64,000 bases of DNA, from contig JAJYYF010000012.1 in the NCBI GenBank assembly GCA_021801225.1, positions 125,027 to 189,026 on the forward strand, given 5' to 3'. A program made the position numbers and the translations under genes. Origin of the DNA: Candidatus Micrarchaeota archaeon. GTDB lineage: Archaea; Micrarchaeota; Micrarchaeia; Micrarchaeales; CABMGC01. Below the pieces are notes generated by a model that was not told the origin of the DNA, searched no databases, and saw only the letters and a list, made by a program, of their open reading frames with translations. Shown one piece after another: positions 8,399 through 17,210 of the stretch (position 1 is its first letter; each line of letters opens with the position of its first letter).

Positions 8399-9079
8399 TT
8401 ACTTAAAGGCAGATATCATAGAATGTATGTCATGTTTATCTAACTGAGATTTCCTAAGCATTTTCCTAAATACTTTCTTAACTGATCCTTTATCACGTAT
8501 TTTTTTATTTTTTATTAATTTATCAAAAGAAGAAAGCAACATACTAACTTCATCATTTTTGACCTTTTCTCTAACTATATTTGTTCTTATAAAAGAGTAT
8601 TTTTTAAATTCATAAAGTATAATCGCAACAGAATGCGATATATTTAACACAGGATACTCTGGATTTGCATTTATGTTTATATTTATATCACAAAGCTCAA
8701 GTTCTTTAGCATTTAATCCTTTATCATCTCTTCCTATGACTATTCCTATTGTACTATCATTATTAAATTTTTTACTTACATACTTGACTGCTTCTTCAGG
8801 TGTATAAAAATCACCCATCTTCGGATTTGTTCTATATATTCCAGTTGTTCCTATTAACACATCACAATCCTCTAAAGCCTCTTCAAGTTTGTTATATATC
8901 CTTGCATTTTCTATCAGTTCTCTTGCATGTTTAGAGTACATTATTGCCTTTTTACCATTTAAATTTGCACGTGGTTTAACAAAATATAATTTTTTAATTC
9001 CAAAATTTTTTGATACTCTTGCTATGTAACCTACGTTAAGTTGGTACTTCGGATCAACTACTATTAATTTTAACTCCAT
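8399..9079 (-). CDS. SPOUT (SpoU/TrmJ-like) RNA 2'-O-methyltransferase
   Basis: N-terminus LIVVDPKYQLNVGYIARVSKNFGIKKLYFVKP and C-terminal NISHSVAIILYE are typical of the TrmH/TrmJ family. Confidence 0.7.
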   Translation of the reverse strand: MELKLIVVDPKYQLNVGYIARVSKNFGIKKLYFVKPRANLNGKKAIMYSKHARELIENARIYNKLEEALEDCDVLIGTTGIYRTNPKMGDFYTPEEAVKYVSKKFNNDSTIGIVIGRDDKGLNAKELELCDINININANPEYPVLNISHSVAIILYEFKKYSFIRTNIVREKVKNDEVSMLLSSFDKLIKNKKIRDKGSVKKVFRKMLRKSQLDKHDIHSMISAFK

Positions 9080-9937
9080 TTACTTACCTACTCTCATAAT
9101 CCATTCGTTTGTATACTTTAATAATTCATTTTCTTTATTGTTAAAAGAATGATTTGCATCTTTTATAATTTTATAAGTGAAGTTCTTTGATATAGTCTTT
9201 CTTTCTAGAATACGCATATACTCAAAAACATCTCTATCCTTATACTCCTCTTTAGATCCGAATACTGCAAGTATTGGTATTTTTATTGAAGAAAACTCCT
9301 TTAATCTGCCATCATAATAATAAATCATCGATTCTTTGCCATTTTTTGAATATGCAGATTTCAACCTGTTCGGTGTAAAAAATCCGTATTTTTCAATAGG
9401 TTTATTACTCATAGTACTTTTTTTTGAGAGCTGCTTTATTCTTTTTTGAAAATTATTAAATTCCTTTCCTAACTCAAGTTTTTTTATAGAATAGTCATCA
9501 GCAGGAGCAAAAAGAATTACTCCATCAATACGTTTATCATTTGTTCTATAGACATAATATGTAATTTTTTGACAACCTGTGCTATGCCCTGCTAAAAATA
9601 TATTATCATAACCTAGATTTTTTATTGTATTTACTGCACCTTTTATATCTTTGACAGAGTCCTCAAAGATTTCTGCTCCTGTTCCTGCAAGAATTCCTTT
9701 TCTTCCAGACTCTGTTCTTATAGTTGAAAGTAAATCATGACCACGTGTATTTATAGAAAAAACAGAAAAATTATTTTGTTTTGAAAGTTCAAAAGGTATA
9801 CTGCTTTTGTAGAAATTTCCATTCATTCCATGAAGATAAATTAAGCATGTTTTTTTATTATTACCTATTAAAATTCCGTCAAGTTTCATTTTATCTGAGG
9901 CACTAAACTTAATTAATCTGCAATTAAAAAACTCCAT
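9080..9937 (-). CDS. alpha/beta-fold hydrolase
   Basis: Nucleophile elbow GHSTG and C-terminal ANHSF (catalytic His region). It directly abuts the SPOUT gene. Confidence 0.65.
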   Translation of the reverse strand: MEFFNCRLIKFSASDKMKLDGILIGNNKKTCLIYLHGMNGNFYKSSIPFELSKQNNFSVFSINTRGHDLLSTIRTESGRKGILAGTGAEIFEDSVKDIKGAVNTIKNLGYDNIFLAGHSTGCQKITYYVYRTNDKRIDGVILFAPADDYSIKKLELGKEFNNFQKRIKQLSKKSTMSNKPIEKYGFFTPNRLKSAYSKNGKESMIYYYDGRLKEFSSIKIPILAVFGSKEEYKDRDVFEYMRILERKTISKNFTYKIIKDANHSFNNKENELLKYTNEWIMRVGK

Positions 9938-9978
9938 ACAAATAATTACGTTAATAGATTTATAATATTTTGCTATTT

Positions 9979-9999
9979 AATAATAATAATAATAATAAT
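9979..9999. repeat. (AAT)7 microsatellite
   Basis: aat x7 lies 7 nt upstream of the ATG at 10007, in the divergent intergenic region. Confidence 0.9.
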
Positions 10000-10006
10000 T
10001 GATTTA

Positions 10007-10693
10007 ATGCCTAACAAAAAATCTGATATTATAGATATTCTTAGAACACAAAGTTATACTAAAAAATCATTGAATGAGCTTCTTAAAAAAGTGAATAAAA
10101 GATTATCCTACACTGATCTGAGTGGAATAAATCTATCAAATCTCGATTTATCAGGAGTTGACCTTTCATTTTCAAATCTAGGTGGCGTTAATATTACAAA
10201 TTCAAAATTAAATAACTCAAATTTTAGGAGTGCAAATCTTGGTGGCTCCAATATGGGTTACTGCGAAGCTAAAAACGCTGATTTCGAGTGTACAAACCTT
10301 TCTGGGATAAACATGCCTTACGGAAAGGCTGATAATGCAACATTTCGTGGAGCTGCGCTATCTGGAGCTTATATGGCTTATAACTCTCTAAAGAATGTAG
10401 ATCTTTCTGATGCATATCTTTGGGGTGCTTTTTTACGAGGTTCTGATTTATCAGGTGCAAATCTTTCAGGAGCATATTTAAACGGAGCCGACATAAAAGG
10501 AGCAAACCTCTCAGGTTCTAAACTAAAATCAACATTATTAAGAGGGGCAAATATTAAAAACGTAATAATAAAAAAATCAGATGCTAAAGATATGCTTTTA
10601 TCTTTAAATATCATTAAGGTTCAGGTTCTTAAAAAATTAACATTTAAGGAAGTGTCCATAATCCTTGAAAGCAAAGGCGTAATAATAAAATGA
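10007..10693 (+). CDS. pentapeptide-repeat protein
   Basis: Long run of A(D/N)LSG-type pentapeptides (ANLSGAYLNGADIKGANLSGSKL...). Confidence 0.9.
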   Translation: MPNKKSDIIDILRTQSYTKKSLNELLKKVNKRLSYTDLSGINLSNLDLSGVDLSFSNLGGVNITNSKLNNSNFRSANLGGSNMGYCEAKNADFECTNLSGINMPYGKADNATFRGAALSGAYMAYNSLKNVDLSDAYLWGAFLRGSDLSGANLSGAYLNGADIKGANLSGSKLKSTLLRGANIKNVIIKKSDAKDMLLSLNIIKVQVLKKLTFKEVSIILESKGVIIK

Positions 10694-10696
10694 GAT

Positions 10697-11764
10697 TTAC
10701 TTCTTTTCAATAGTTTTTTTATTTTTTTCATAATTGTCATTAGCTTTTTTTCTAAGTTTTCTAACTTTTTTTAAGGCAAGGAAGTATGACGGTATTGAAA
10801 CTATAACTACTGTTATCATAACCAATATAATTCCTATATTTATCGAATTCAAATTCGGTATATTTATTCCAGTGTTTACACTGAAGTTCGCTATACTTGG
10901 AAAAGATAGTAAAAAGATACCTCCAAATACAAATGCCGTTCCTCCATAAGCCAACATACTTCCTGAGGTTTCTCTTCCTATAAAAATTATTTCTTTTTCA
11001 GTGTATCTTCTCGCTCGCATCCATCTTCCTATTGCGGCTCCGAAAAGAACCTGCATTATCATTGTGCCTACTCCAAAAAGTGCTCCTGGTACCCAAGCAA
11101 CATACGCGTTTGGCATAAGTGGCGATATTACTGTGTACAATACTATTGCAAAAGCCCCAAAGCCAAATCCGGCAACTAGCCCATGTATTACAGTAAGTTT
11201 AAGAGGTATTGGTCTAGGCTCTTCAAGATTATGTGTATCAATATTATTATGGCTGTGTACTGTTGTTTCTTTGTATGTCTTACCTTTAGGATCTATAATT
11301 TTATGAATTAAATGCGAAAATATATGTAGGTGTTTGTATATACCTTTTTTTAATATATAAAAACCAGATACTGCCATAACAGCTCCGACTATTAAATATA
11401 TTATCCCATTTATAGAATCTACTCTTAAAAACGGTGCAAGGAAAAGAAATGCAAGTTCAGACATTAATGCCCTCTGGAATGTAAATCCCATAGAAAAAAG
11501 TAAACCTGCCTTTGCACCCTTCTTTGTACTCATTGCACCAACGGCATAACTAAATGTTATTGGCCATGTATGTTCATCAGGAGTAACTCCGTGAACTAAT
11601 CCTAATATAAATGAAAGGAGCAGAGCTGTGGTTATACTAAGTCCTGCTGCAGTTGGGTTGAATATTTGTATATTACTGTTAGTAAAATAGATAACTCCCA
11701 TATACAATATTATTGCAACAATTAGAAATCCAAGAACAATTAATAAAACATCTTTTTTCTCCAT
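10697..11764 (-). CDS. polytopic membrane protein, putative Ni/Co transporter (NicO/RcnA-like)
   Basis: About 8 TM segments, motif HGVTPDEH in an early TM, and a His-rich central loop (HLHIFSHLIHK...VHSHNNIDTH). It is divergently paired with a NikR-like regulator. The family assignment is tentative. Confidence 0.4.
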   Translation of the reverse strand: MEKKDVLLIVLGFLIVAIILYMGVIYFTNSNIQIFNPTAAGLSITTALLLSFILGLVHGVTPDEHTWPITFSYAVGAMSTKKGAKAGLLFSMGFTFQRALMSELAFLFLAPFLRVDSINGIIYLIVGAVMAVSGFYILKKGIYKHLHIFSHLIHKIIDPKGKTYKETTVHSHNNIDTHNLEEPRPIPLKLTVIHGLVAGFGFGAFAIVLYTVISPLMPNAYVAWVPGALFGVGTMIMQVLFGAAIGRWMRARRYTEKEIIFIGRETSGSMLAYGGTAFVFGGIFLLSFPSIANFSVNTGINIPNLNSINIGIILVMITVVIVSIPSYFLALKKVRKLRKKANDNYEKNKKTIEKK

Positions 11765-11928
11765 AATAACACAAATTAAAATTTTCTTTAGTTTTAGCAG
11801 TGCTTTACTAGTACTTTATTAGTACTTTATTTAATGTTAATATTATTAAATATTTCTATAAAAGTTATTAACTAACATAAAAAATAGAAAGTAATAATAA
11901 ATATATTTTTTAATAGTTATTTGAGATA

Positions 11929-12318
11929 ATGGAGATTCTTAGTTTGTCAATAGACGATAAAACCCTAGAAAAATTAAATGAAACACAGCGTCTGCTTAAG
12001 TTTAAAAGTAGGTCTAAATTTTTAAGGACAGCTATAATGAATATAATGAAAGATTATAATGAAATAAACTCAGTTTCAGGCAATATAGAGTGTGTTTTTG
12101 TAGTAAACTACAAAGAAAATGAGAAAAATCATGTATCAGATTTAATACACAAATACAAGGATATCATTAAGACAGAGGTACATCATCATAGTTATGGCTC
12201 TGGTGTTGATATATTGATATTAAGTTCAGATGCAGATAATATACGAAAAATGTTTTCTTCACTAAGGACAAACAAGTGCATATACTCTGTTTCTTATTCA
12301 TTATTAGGAAAAGAGTAA
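11929..12318 (+). CDS. nikR: NikR-like ribbon-helix-helix metal-responsive regulator
   Basis: N-terminal RHH (ILSLSIDDKTLEKLNE...FKSRSKFLRTAI) plus a C-terminal domain with EVHHHSYGSGVDILIL; size (129 aa) fits NikR. Confidence 0.6.
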   Translation: MEILSLSIDDKTLEKLNETQRLLKFKSRSKFLRTAIMNIMKDYNEINSVSGNIECVFVVNYKENEKNHVSDLIHKYKDIIKTEVHHHSYGSGVDILILSSDADNIRKMFSSLRTNKCIYSVSYSLLGKE

Positions 12319-12340
12319 AACATTTACTAAAAATCTGATT

Positions 12341-12444
12341 TCCCGTTGGGGAGAGTCGAACTCCCAACCTATCGGTATCCTCCTTGAAAACCCCAAGAAG
12401 TTAACAGACTACAGCCGATCGCTCTGCCATTGAGCTACAACGGG
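12341..12444 (-). tRNA. tRNA-Tyr: tRNA-Tyr(GUA) with about 32-nt intron
   Basis: Acceptor CCCGTTG/CAACGGG gives the archaeal/eukaryal C1:G72 Tyr identity pair. D arm GCTC-AATGGCA-GAGC; anticodon stem ATCGG/CCGAT; loop CTGTAG..A with anticodon GTA; T arm GGGAG-TTCGACT-CTCCC; discriminator A. Confidence 0.85.
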
Positions 12445-12485
12445 ATAAAAGCAATTATATATATTCATTAGATATATATAAAATT

Positions 12486-15362
12486 ATGCCTGAATCAAAT
12501 AAATTAAAATCAAACAAAATAAAGTATACAGGTAATACAGATAAAATTGTTATTTCTTCAATAACAAAATCAAAAAATCAAACGACCCAATTAGAAAACA
12601 AAACTATCAATAAAAATAACTCTAAAAAAGGAAATACTAAAAAAGAAAATATAGAAAAAACAGAAAAAATAGAGATTCCAATATCTTATTACTTTATAAA
12701 AGAGCGCATAATTGAGTTTGCGAATAATAAATACTTCCCAGATTCAATAATGTCATTTTTTGCACTGCTCAGTGTTGCAGTAGCATTTCCATTTTATCCA
12801 ATTATTTTATTAGTGCCATTATTAATAATCACATTTATACTTTCTCGAATACATCCTCTTGCAGGGTTAATGGCATTATTGTTTATAACATTTCCTATTT
12901 TCATGTATCAAGCTCCTTTATTGGCATGGTTTTATGCATTTTTCTTAACTTTAGCACTTATTTTCGGATTTAAGCATTATCGTGCCATAATCTTTGCGTA
13001 TACTCTTATAGTATTACCATTTTCATTTATAGGGAATTTTGTAGAAATACCATTATTTATATTCGGTATTTTGTATATCGGCTTAAAGAGAGCTTTAATA
13101 GGAACAACAATTGCAATAATAGCAATTCCTGTAATAGCAAGTTTGACAGGCATTGCACCATTTGCACCTATAGTTTACAACATAGCTTCATTTAGATCAA
13201 TATCTGGTGCATCTACTGCTTTCCAGTTATTTACTCCATCTCTTCAAGTATCCTCATTAAACATGTTTGTATCAAATCTAGTATCTAGTGTTGTAAAGTT
13301 CTTAGATGCCTCTGTGTATATAACTCAAGGAATATACCTAGCTATACTGGCTTTCAGTAGCGAAATAATCTACATACTTGTACAATTAGTGATTTGGCTA
13401 GTTGTTGTATTTTCAGTAAGTGCTTATGTTGTTAGGCATAGATCTCCTTACAAAGGTTCAGAATCTACTTTATACGCACTTGCAATTTTAGTTACATACT
13501 TTGCATTAAGTTTTCTACTTAATTTGAACATGTCACTACCGGTAATAAGCGGTTTTATAATTGCACCATTATTTCTGTTCTTTTTAGAGTTCAATGATAT
13601 AGACGCAGTACGTGTACTAGATGTAATGAAAAAGGACTTTTTAAGTACATTTGGAGAAACATTTGAAGATCTTTCCTCTGGAACAAAAGAATCACTTGAT
13701 GATATAGGTAATTATGAAGAAACAAAGAAAGAATTAATTGAAGCTATACTAAATCCCATAGAACATAAAGGAATATCAAAGGCTTATAATATAAAACCAA
13801 CGAAAGGAATTATACTGTTCGGACCACCAGGAACTGGAAAAACATTAATGATGCGTGCAATATCTAAGGAAGTAAGGGCAAGGTTTATTTATGTAAAATC
13901 CTCAACAATACTCTCTTCAAACTCTGGAGATAGTGCAAAAACACTTTCAAAAATATTCTCAGAAGCACGTGCACATACTCCTACTGTTTTATTTTTTGAT
14001 GAGATAGACGGTATAACCTCAAAACGTTCTGAAAATACTGGAGAAGCAAGCAGAGAAATTTTATCGTCACTTCTTTCAGAGTTGGACGGCTTTCAAAAAA
14101 TAGACGGTGTTGTAGTAGTCGGCGCAACAAATACTCCTAACTTAATAGATAAAGCAGTTTTAAGGCCTGGGAGATTTGATAGAATAATATACATGCCACT
14201 TCCAGATCTTCAAGGTAGGATTGAAATATTTAAGAAGTATGCAAAAAAATACCCTTCAACAACAAAACTTGATTATGAAAAACTTTCATCAATTACCTCA
14301 AGATTTTCAGGTGCTGACATTGCAGCAGTTTTTTCAGAAACGGCTTCAGAAGTAGCAACAAATGCAATAAAAACATCTACCCCCTTAAAAATACAAACCT
14401 CTGATCTGTTAAAAACAATTTCTCTAATTAAACCATCTACTACTTTATCACAACTTGAAGAGTATGAACAGTTCAAGATAGATTTTGAAAGAAGGCTTAA
14501 TCCTGAAAATCAAGAGAAGAAAAAAGATGTTTTGTTAGATGATGTAGTTAATTTAAAAGAAGCGAAGAAAATTTTGGATGAATCTATAAAAATTCCATTA
14601 CAACATCCTAATTTAGTCAAAGAGTACGATTTAAAAAATATAACAGGGGTTCTTCTTTTTGGGCCTCCTGGTTGTGGAAAAACTATGCTTATAAAAGCAA
14701 TGGAGAACCATTATGACGAAATAAAATTCTTTAGAATTCTCGGTTCAGACTTGATAAAAGAGGGCTACGAAGAGTCATTAAAAACAATAAAAGAATCATT
14801 TTATCGTGCAAAAGAAAACGCTCCATCTGTTGTATTTATTGATGAGATAGACTCATTACTTCCAAATAGAGATTACTCTACAGAAGAAAGCATTAAGGTA
14901 ACATCTGAGTTCTTGCGCGAGTTTGAAGAGTTAAAATCAACAAACGGTGTCGTGGTAATAGGAGCAACAAATCGTCCTGAAAAGATAGATCCAGCAGTAT
15001 TACGTCCTGGAAGAATTGAAAAATTAATATACATTAAACCACCAAACTACGAAGCAAGAATAGAGTTGTTCAAAAAATTAATTCCAAAAAGATTATTTGC
15101 TGAAACTTTAGATTTTGATAAACTTTCATTAGCCTGTAAAGGCTTTACTCCTGCAGAAATAGTTGAGTTGTGTAGAGAAGCAAAACTTTCTGCCTTAGAA
15201 AATAATCTAGAGAAAAACGATTCAGACGAACCCTCTCAAAATGAAACTAAGATAAGCATGGAGTTATTGTTGAAACTTATCTCTAAAATAAAACCTCAAG
15301 CAAATAAAACTGTTCTTTCACGTTATGAAATATTCTGCTCAGAGCATAATGTTTTGGAATAA
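12486..15362 (+). CDS. membrane-anchored tandem AAA+ ATPase (Cdc48/VCP-like D1-D2 fused to a polytopic N-terminal domain)
   Basis: Residues 1-70 are K/N-rich. Roughly 75-370 contain about 9-10 hydrophobic helices. Two classical AAA modules follow: GPPGTGKT...LFFDEID...ATN...RPGRFD, and GPPGCGKT...VFIDEID...ATNRPEKIDPAVLRPGR. Confidence 0.8.
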   Translation: MPESNKLKSNKIKYTGNTDKIVISSITKSKNQTTQLENKTINKNNSKKGNTKKENIEKTEKIEIPISYYFIKERIIEFANNKYFPDSIMSFFALLSVAVAFPFYPIILLVPLLIITFILSRIHPLAGLMALLFITFPIFMYQAPLLAWFYAFFLTLALIFGFKHYRAIIFAYTLIVLPFSFIGNFVEIPLFIFGILYIGLKRALIGTTIAIIAIPVIASLTGIAPFAPIVYNIASFRSISGASTAFQLFTPSLQVSSLNMFVSNLVSSVVKFLDASVYITQGIYLAILAFSSEIIYILVQLVIWLVVVFSVSAYVVRHRSPYKGSESTLYALAILVTYFALSFLLNLNMSLPVISGFIIAPLFLFFLEFNDIDAVRVLDVMKKDFLSTFGETFEDLSSGTKESLDDIGNYEETKKELIEAILNPIEHKGISKAYNIKPTKGIILFGPPGTGKTLMMRAISKEVRARFIYVKSSTILSSNSGDSAKTLSKIFSEARAHTPTVLFFDEIDGITSKRSENTGEASREILSSLLSELDGFQKIDGVVVVGATNTPNLIDKAVLRPGRFDRIIYMPLPDLQGRIEIFKKYAKKYPSTTKLDYEKLSSITSRFSGADIAAVFSETASEVATNAIKTSTPLKIQTSDLLKTISLIKPSTTLSQLEEYEQFKIDFERRLNPENQEKKKDVLLDDVVNLKEAKKILDESIKIPLQHPNLVKEYDLKNITGVLLFGPPGCGKTMLIKAMENHYDEIKFFRILGSDLIKEGYEESLKTIKESFYRAKENAPSVVFIDEIDSLLPNRDYSTEESIKVTSEFLREFEELKSTNGVVVIGATNRPEKIDPAVLRPGRIEKLIYIKPPNYEARIELFKKLIPKRLFAETLDFDKLSLACKGFTPAEIVELCREAKLSALENNLEKNDSDEPSQNETKISMELLLKLISKIKPQANKTVLSRYEIFCSEHNVLE

Positions 15363-15371
15363 TATTTAGTA

Positions 15372-16142
15372 TTATTTAGTGAATGTTTTTTTATAGATAT
15401 ACGCTATTATAACTATCAATATAACTCCTGATATTATATAAATTTCAAATGTGTACTCTTTATACAAATTATTAAAGTAATCTACTACCTCTGTCTGGGG
15501 TGATTCAGTAACTACATACTGGAATGAAAACTGTGATAATGGTTCACCAGTATACCAAGAGAAAATTGTATCATTAGTATAATTTTCAATGAAATTTGGT
15601 TTAGGTGAGTCTGACAATGGATATAACGTTACTATCTGTGAACCTTTAGGTATTATTATGTTAAATCTAAGATTTGAAGGAAGTATCTGGCCATTCTGTA
15701 CTGCTTGAAAGTTAAATATACTATCATTTAATGTATACTCAAATTTTCTAGGCGCTATATTTTTTATTGATGTAGCATTTTTAACATAATAATTCATAGT
15801 TAATGTTGCATAACCTCCACCAGGAATACTTACCAGAGGTCCAGGCAAAAATGCAAAGTCATATACGCTATGTCCGCTTCCTAAAATATGCTGAGTCAAA
15901 CCTCCATTATAAATTATTTTTTGCCAATCACTAAGAGTTATACCTATTGCATCTTTTGTTTGTTGATAGGAACTTAATGAAGCATTACTAACATATACTG
16001 TGAATACCTCTACAACATGCGCACTTTGATTTAAATTTAATATTAGTGTTGTGTTTATATTTGTTATATTATAATAACCATATACGCTTGATAATACGTA
16101 AAAGAACGAAATAAAAATTATTAATTTACTAAAGTTTCCCAT
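15372..16142 (-). CDS. secreted/surface protein with N-terminal signal and C-terminal TM anchor
   Basis: N-terminal hydrophobic segment (LIIFISFFYVLSSVYG), many N-x-S/T sequons, and a C-terminal TM plus basic tail (IYIISGVILIVIIAYIYKKTFTK). Confidence 0.5.
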   Translation of the reverse strand: MGNFSKLIIFISFFYVLSSVYGYYNITNINTTLILNLNQSAHVVEVFTVYVSNASLSSYQQTKDAIGITLSDWQKIIYNGGLTQHILGSGHSVYDFAFLPGPLVSIPGGGYATLTMNYYVKNATSIKNIAPRKFEYTLNDSIFNFQAVQNGQILPSNLRFNIIIPKGSQIVTLYPLSDSPKPNFIENYTNDTIFSWYTGEPLSQFSFQYVVTESPQTEVVDYFNNLYKEYTFEIYIISGVILIVIIAYIYKKTFTK

Positions 16143-16332
16143 TAAATCAATTATTAGTATAATCTACTATGTAAGTTAATATTTAAATACTTTGATACTG
16201 GAATATATCATGAATACATTATGTATATTAAGTAACATTTATAATTTATACTCAAATTAGAAAGTAATAAATAACTTAATAATATAATAATTCATATTTA
16301 TCTTAAAAAGTACAGACTTTACGGGTCTTTTT

Positions 16333-16758
16333 ATGAACTCAAAAATGGAAAATAAATTACTAGCAATAGTTAGGGTAAGAGGCAGGGTTGGCGTTCGCCA
16401 AAGTATAACGGAGACATTAAATAGATTGAATCTAAAAAGAGTTAATAATCTCGCAATAGTTTTTGGAAATAACTCAAATATAGGAATGATTAAAAAATGT
16501 AATGATTTTGTAACTTATGGAGAAATAGATGAGAAAACATTGGAATCATTATTAAGCAAAAAAGAGATAAAGTTAACAAAAGAAGAGTTATCCGAATTAA
16601 AGACCGGAAAGAAGAACCTTAGAAATATAATTAATAAAAGTATTACAATGCACCCTCCAAAACGTGGTTATGAGGGCATAAAAAAAGGCTATAGCGTAGG
16701 AGGAGCTTTGGGATACCGTGGTCAAGAAATAAATGACCTAATTAAAAGAATGTTATAA
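16333..16758 (+). CDS. rpl30p: 50S ribosomal protein uL30 (L30P)
   Basis: LLAIVRVRGRVGVRQSITETLNRLNLKRVNN is the hallmark N-terminus of archaeal L30P. Confidence 0.9.
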   Translation: MNSKMENKLLAIVRVRGRVGVRQSITETLNRLNLKRVNNLAIVFGNNSNIGMIKKCNDFVTYGEIDEKTLESLLSKKEIKLTKEELSELKTGKKNLRNIINKSITMHPPKRGYEGIKKGYSVGGALGYRGQEINDLIKRML

Positions 16759-16771
16759 AAAGGTTTTATTC

Positions 16772-17170
16772 ATGGTACAAAGAAGATCAAAAAAGAATAG
16801 ACGCAACTTAGGTAGAAGAACATGGGCAGCAGGAAACAAAAAGAACAACAGAGGAGCTGGAAGCAGAGGAGGTACTGGTAGGGCAGGAAGGAAACATAAG
16901 TGGACAAGAATAGTAAAATACGAAAAAGAAAGAATAGGTAAACCTGGCTTTACAAGATGGGGAGCTTCAAAACTTGATGCAATAAATTTAGACTTAATCT
17001 CACAAAAAATAGAGAATAGTAAAGAACAAAAACCTTCTATAGAGTTAAAAGGGTATAAGGTACTGAGCGATGGTCTTTTGACAAAGCCAGTATCAATAAA
17101 AGCTAACGCATTCTCTAAAAAAGCAATAGAAAAAATCAAAAAAGCAGGAGGAGAAGCAATAACAATATAA
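16772..17170 (+). CDS. rpl15p: 50S ribosomal protein uL15 (L15P)
   Basis: Gly/Arg-rich N-terminus (RGAGSRGGTGRAGRKHKW) and a C-terminal KVLSDG...KPVSIKANAFSKKAIEKI pattern. Confidence 0.9.
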   Translation: MVQRRSKKNRRNLGRRTWAAGNKKNNRGAGSRGGTGRAGRKHKWTRIVKYEKERIGKPGFTRWGASKLDAINLDLISQKIENSKEQKPSIELKGYKVLSDGLLTKPVSIKANAFSKKAIEKIKKAGGEAITI

Positions 17171-17210
17171 ATTCTATTGTTCTATTCAATTACAAAATGT
17201 TGATTAATTT

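Noticed and set aside
10269-10614. Two 78-aa minus-strand ORFs
   Set aside because: They are antisense to the pentapeptide-repeat gene. The 15-nt periodicity keeps other frames open artificially.
16753-17139. 128-aa minus-strand ORF
   Set aside because: It is antisense to the ribosomal protein uL15 gene, which is unambiguous.
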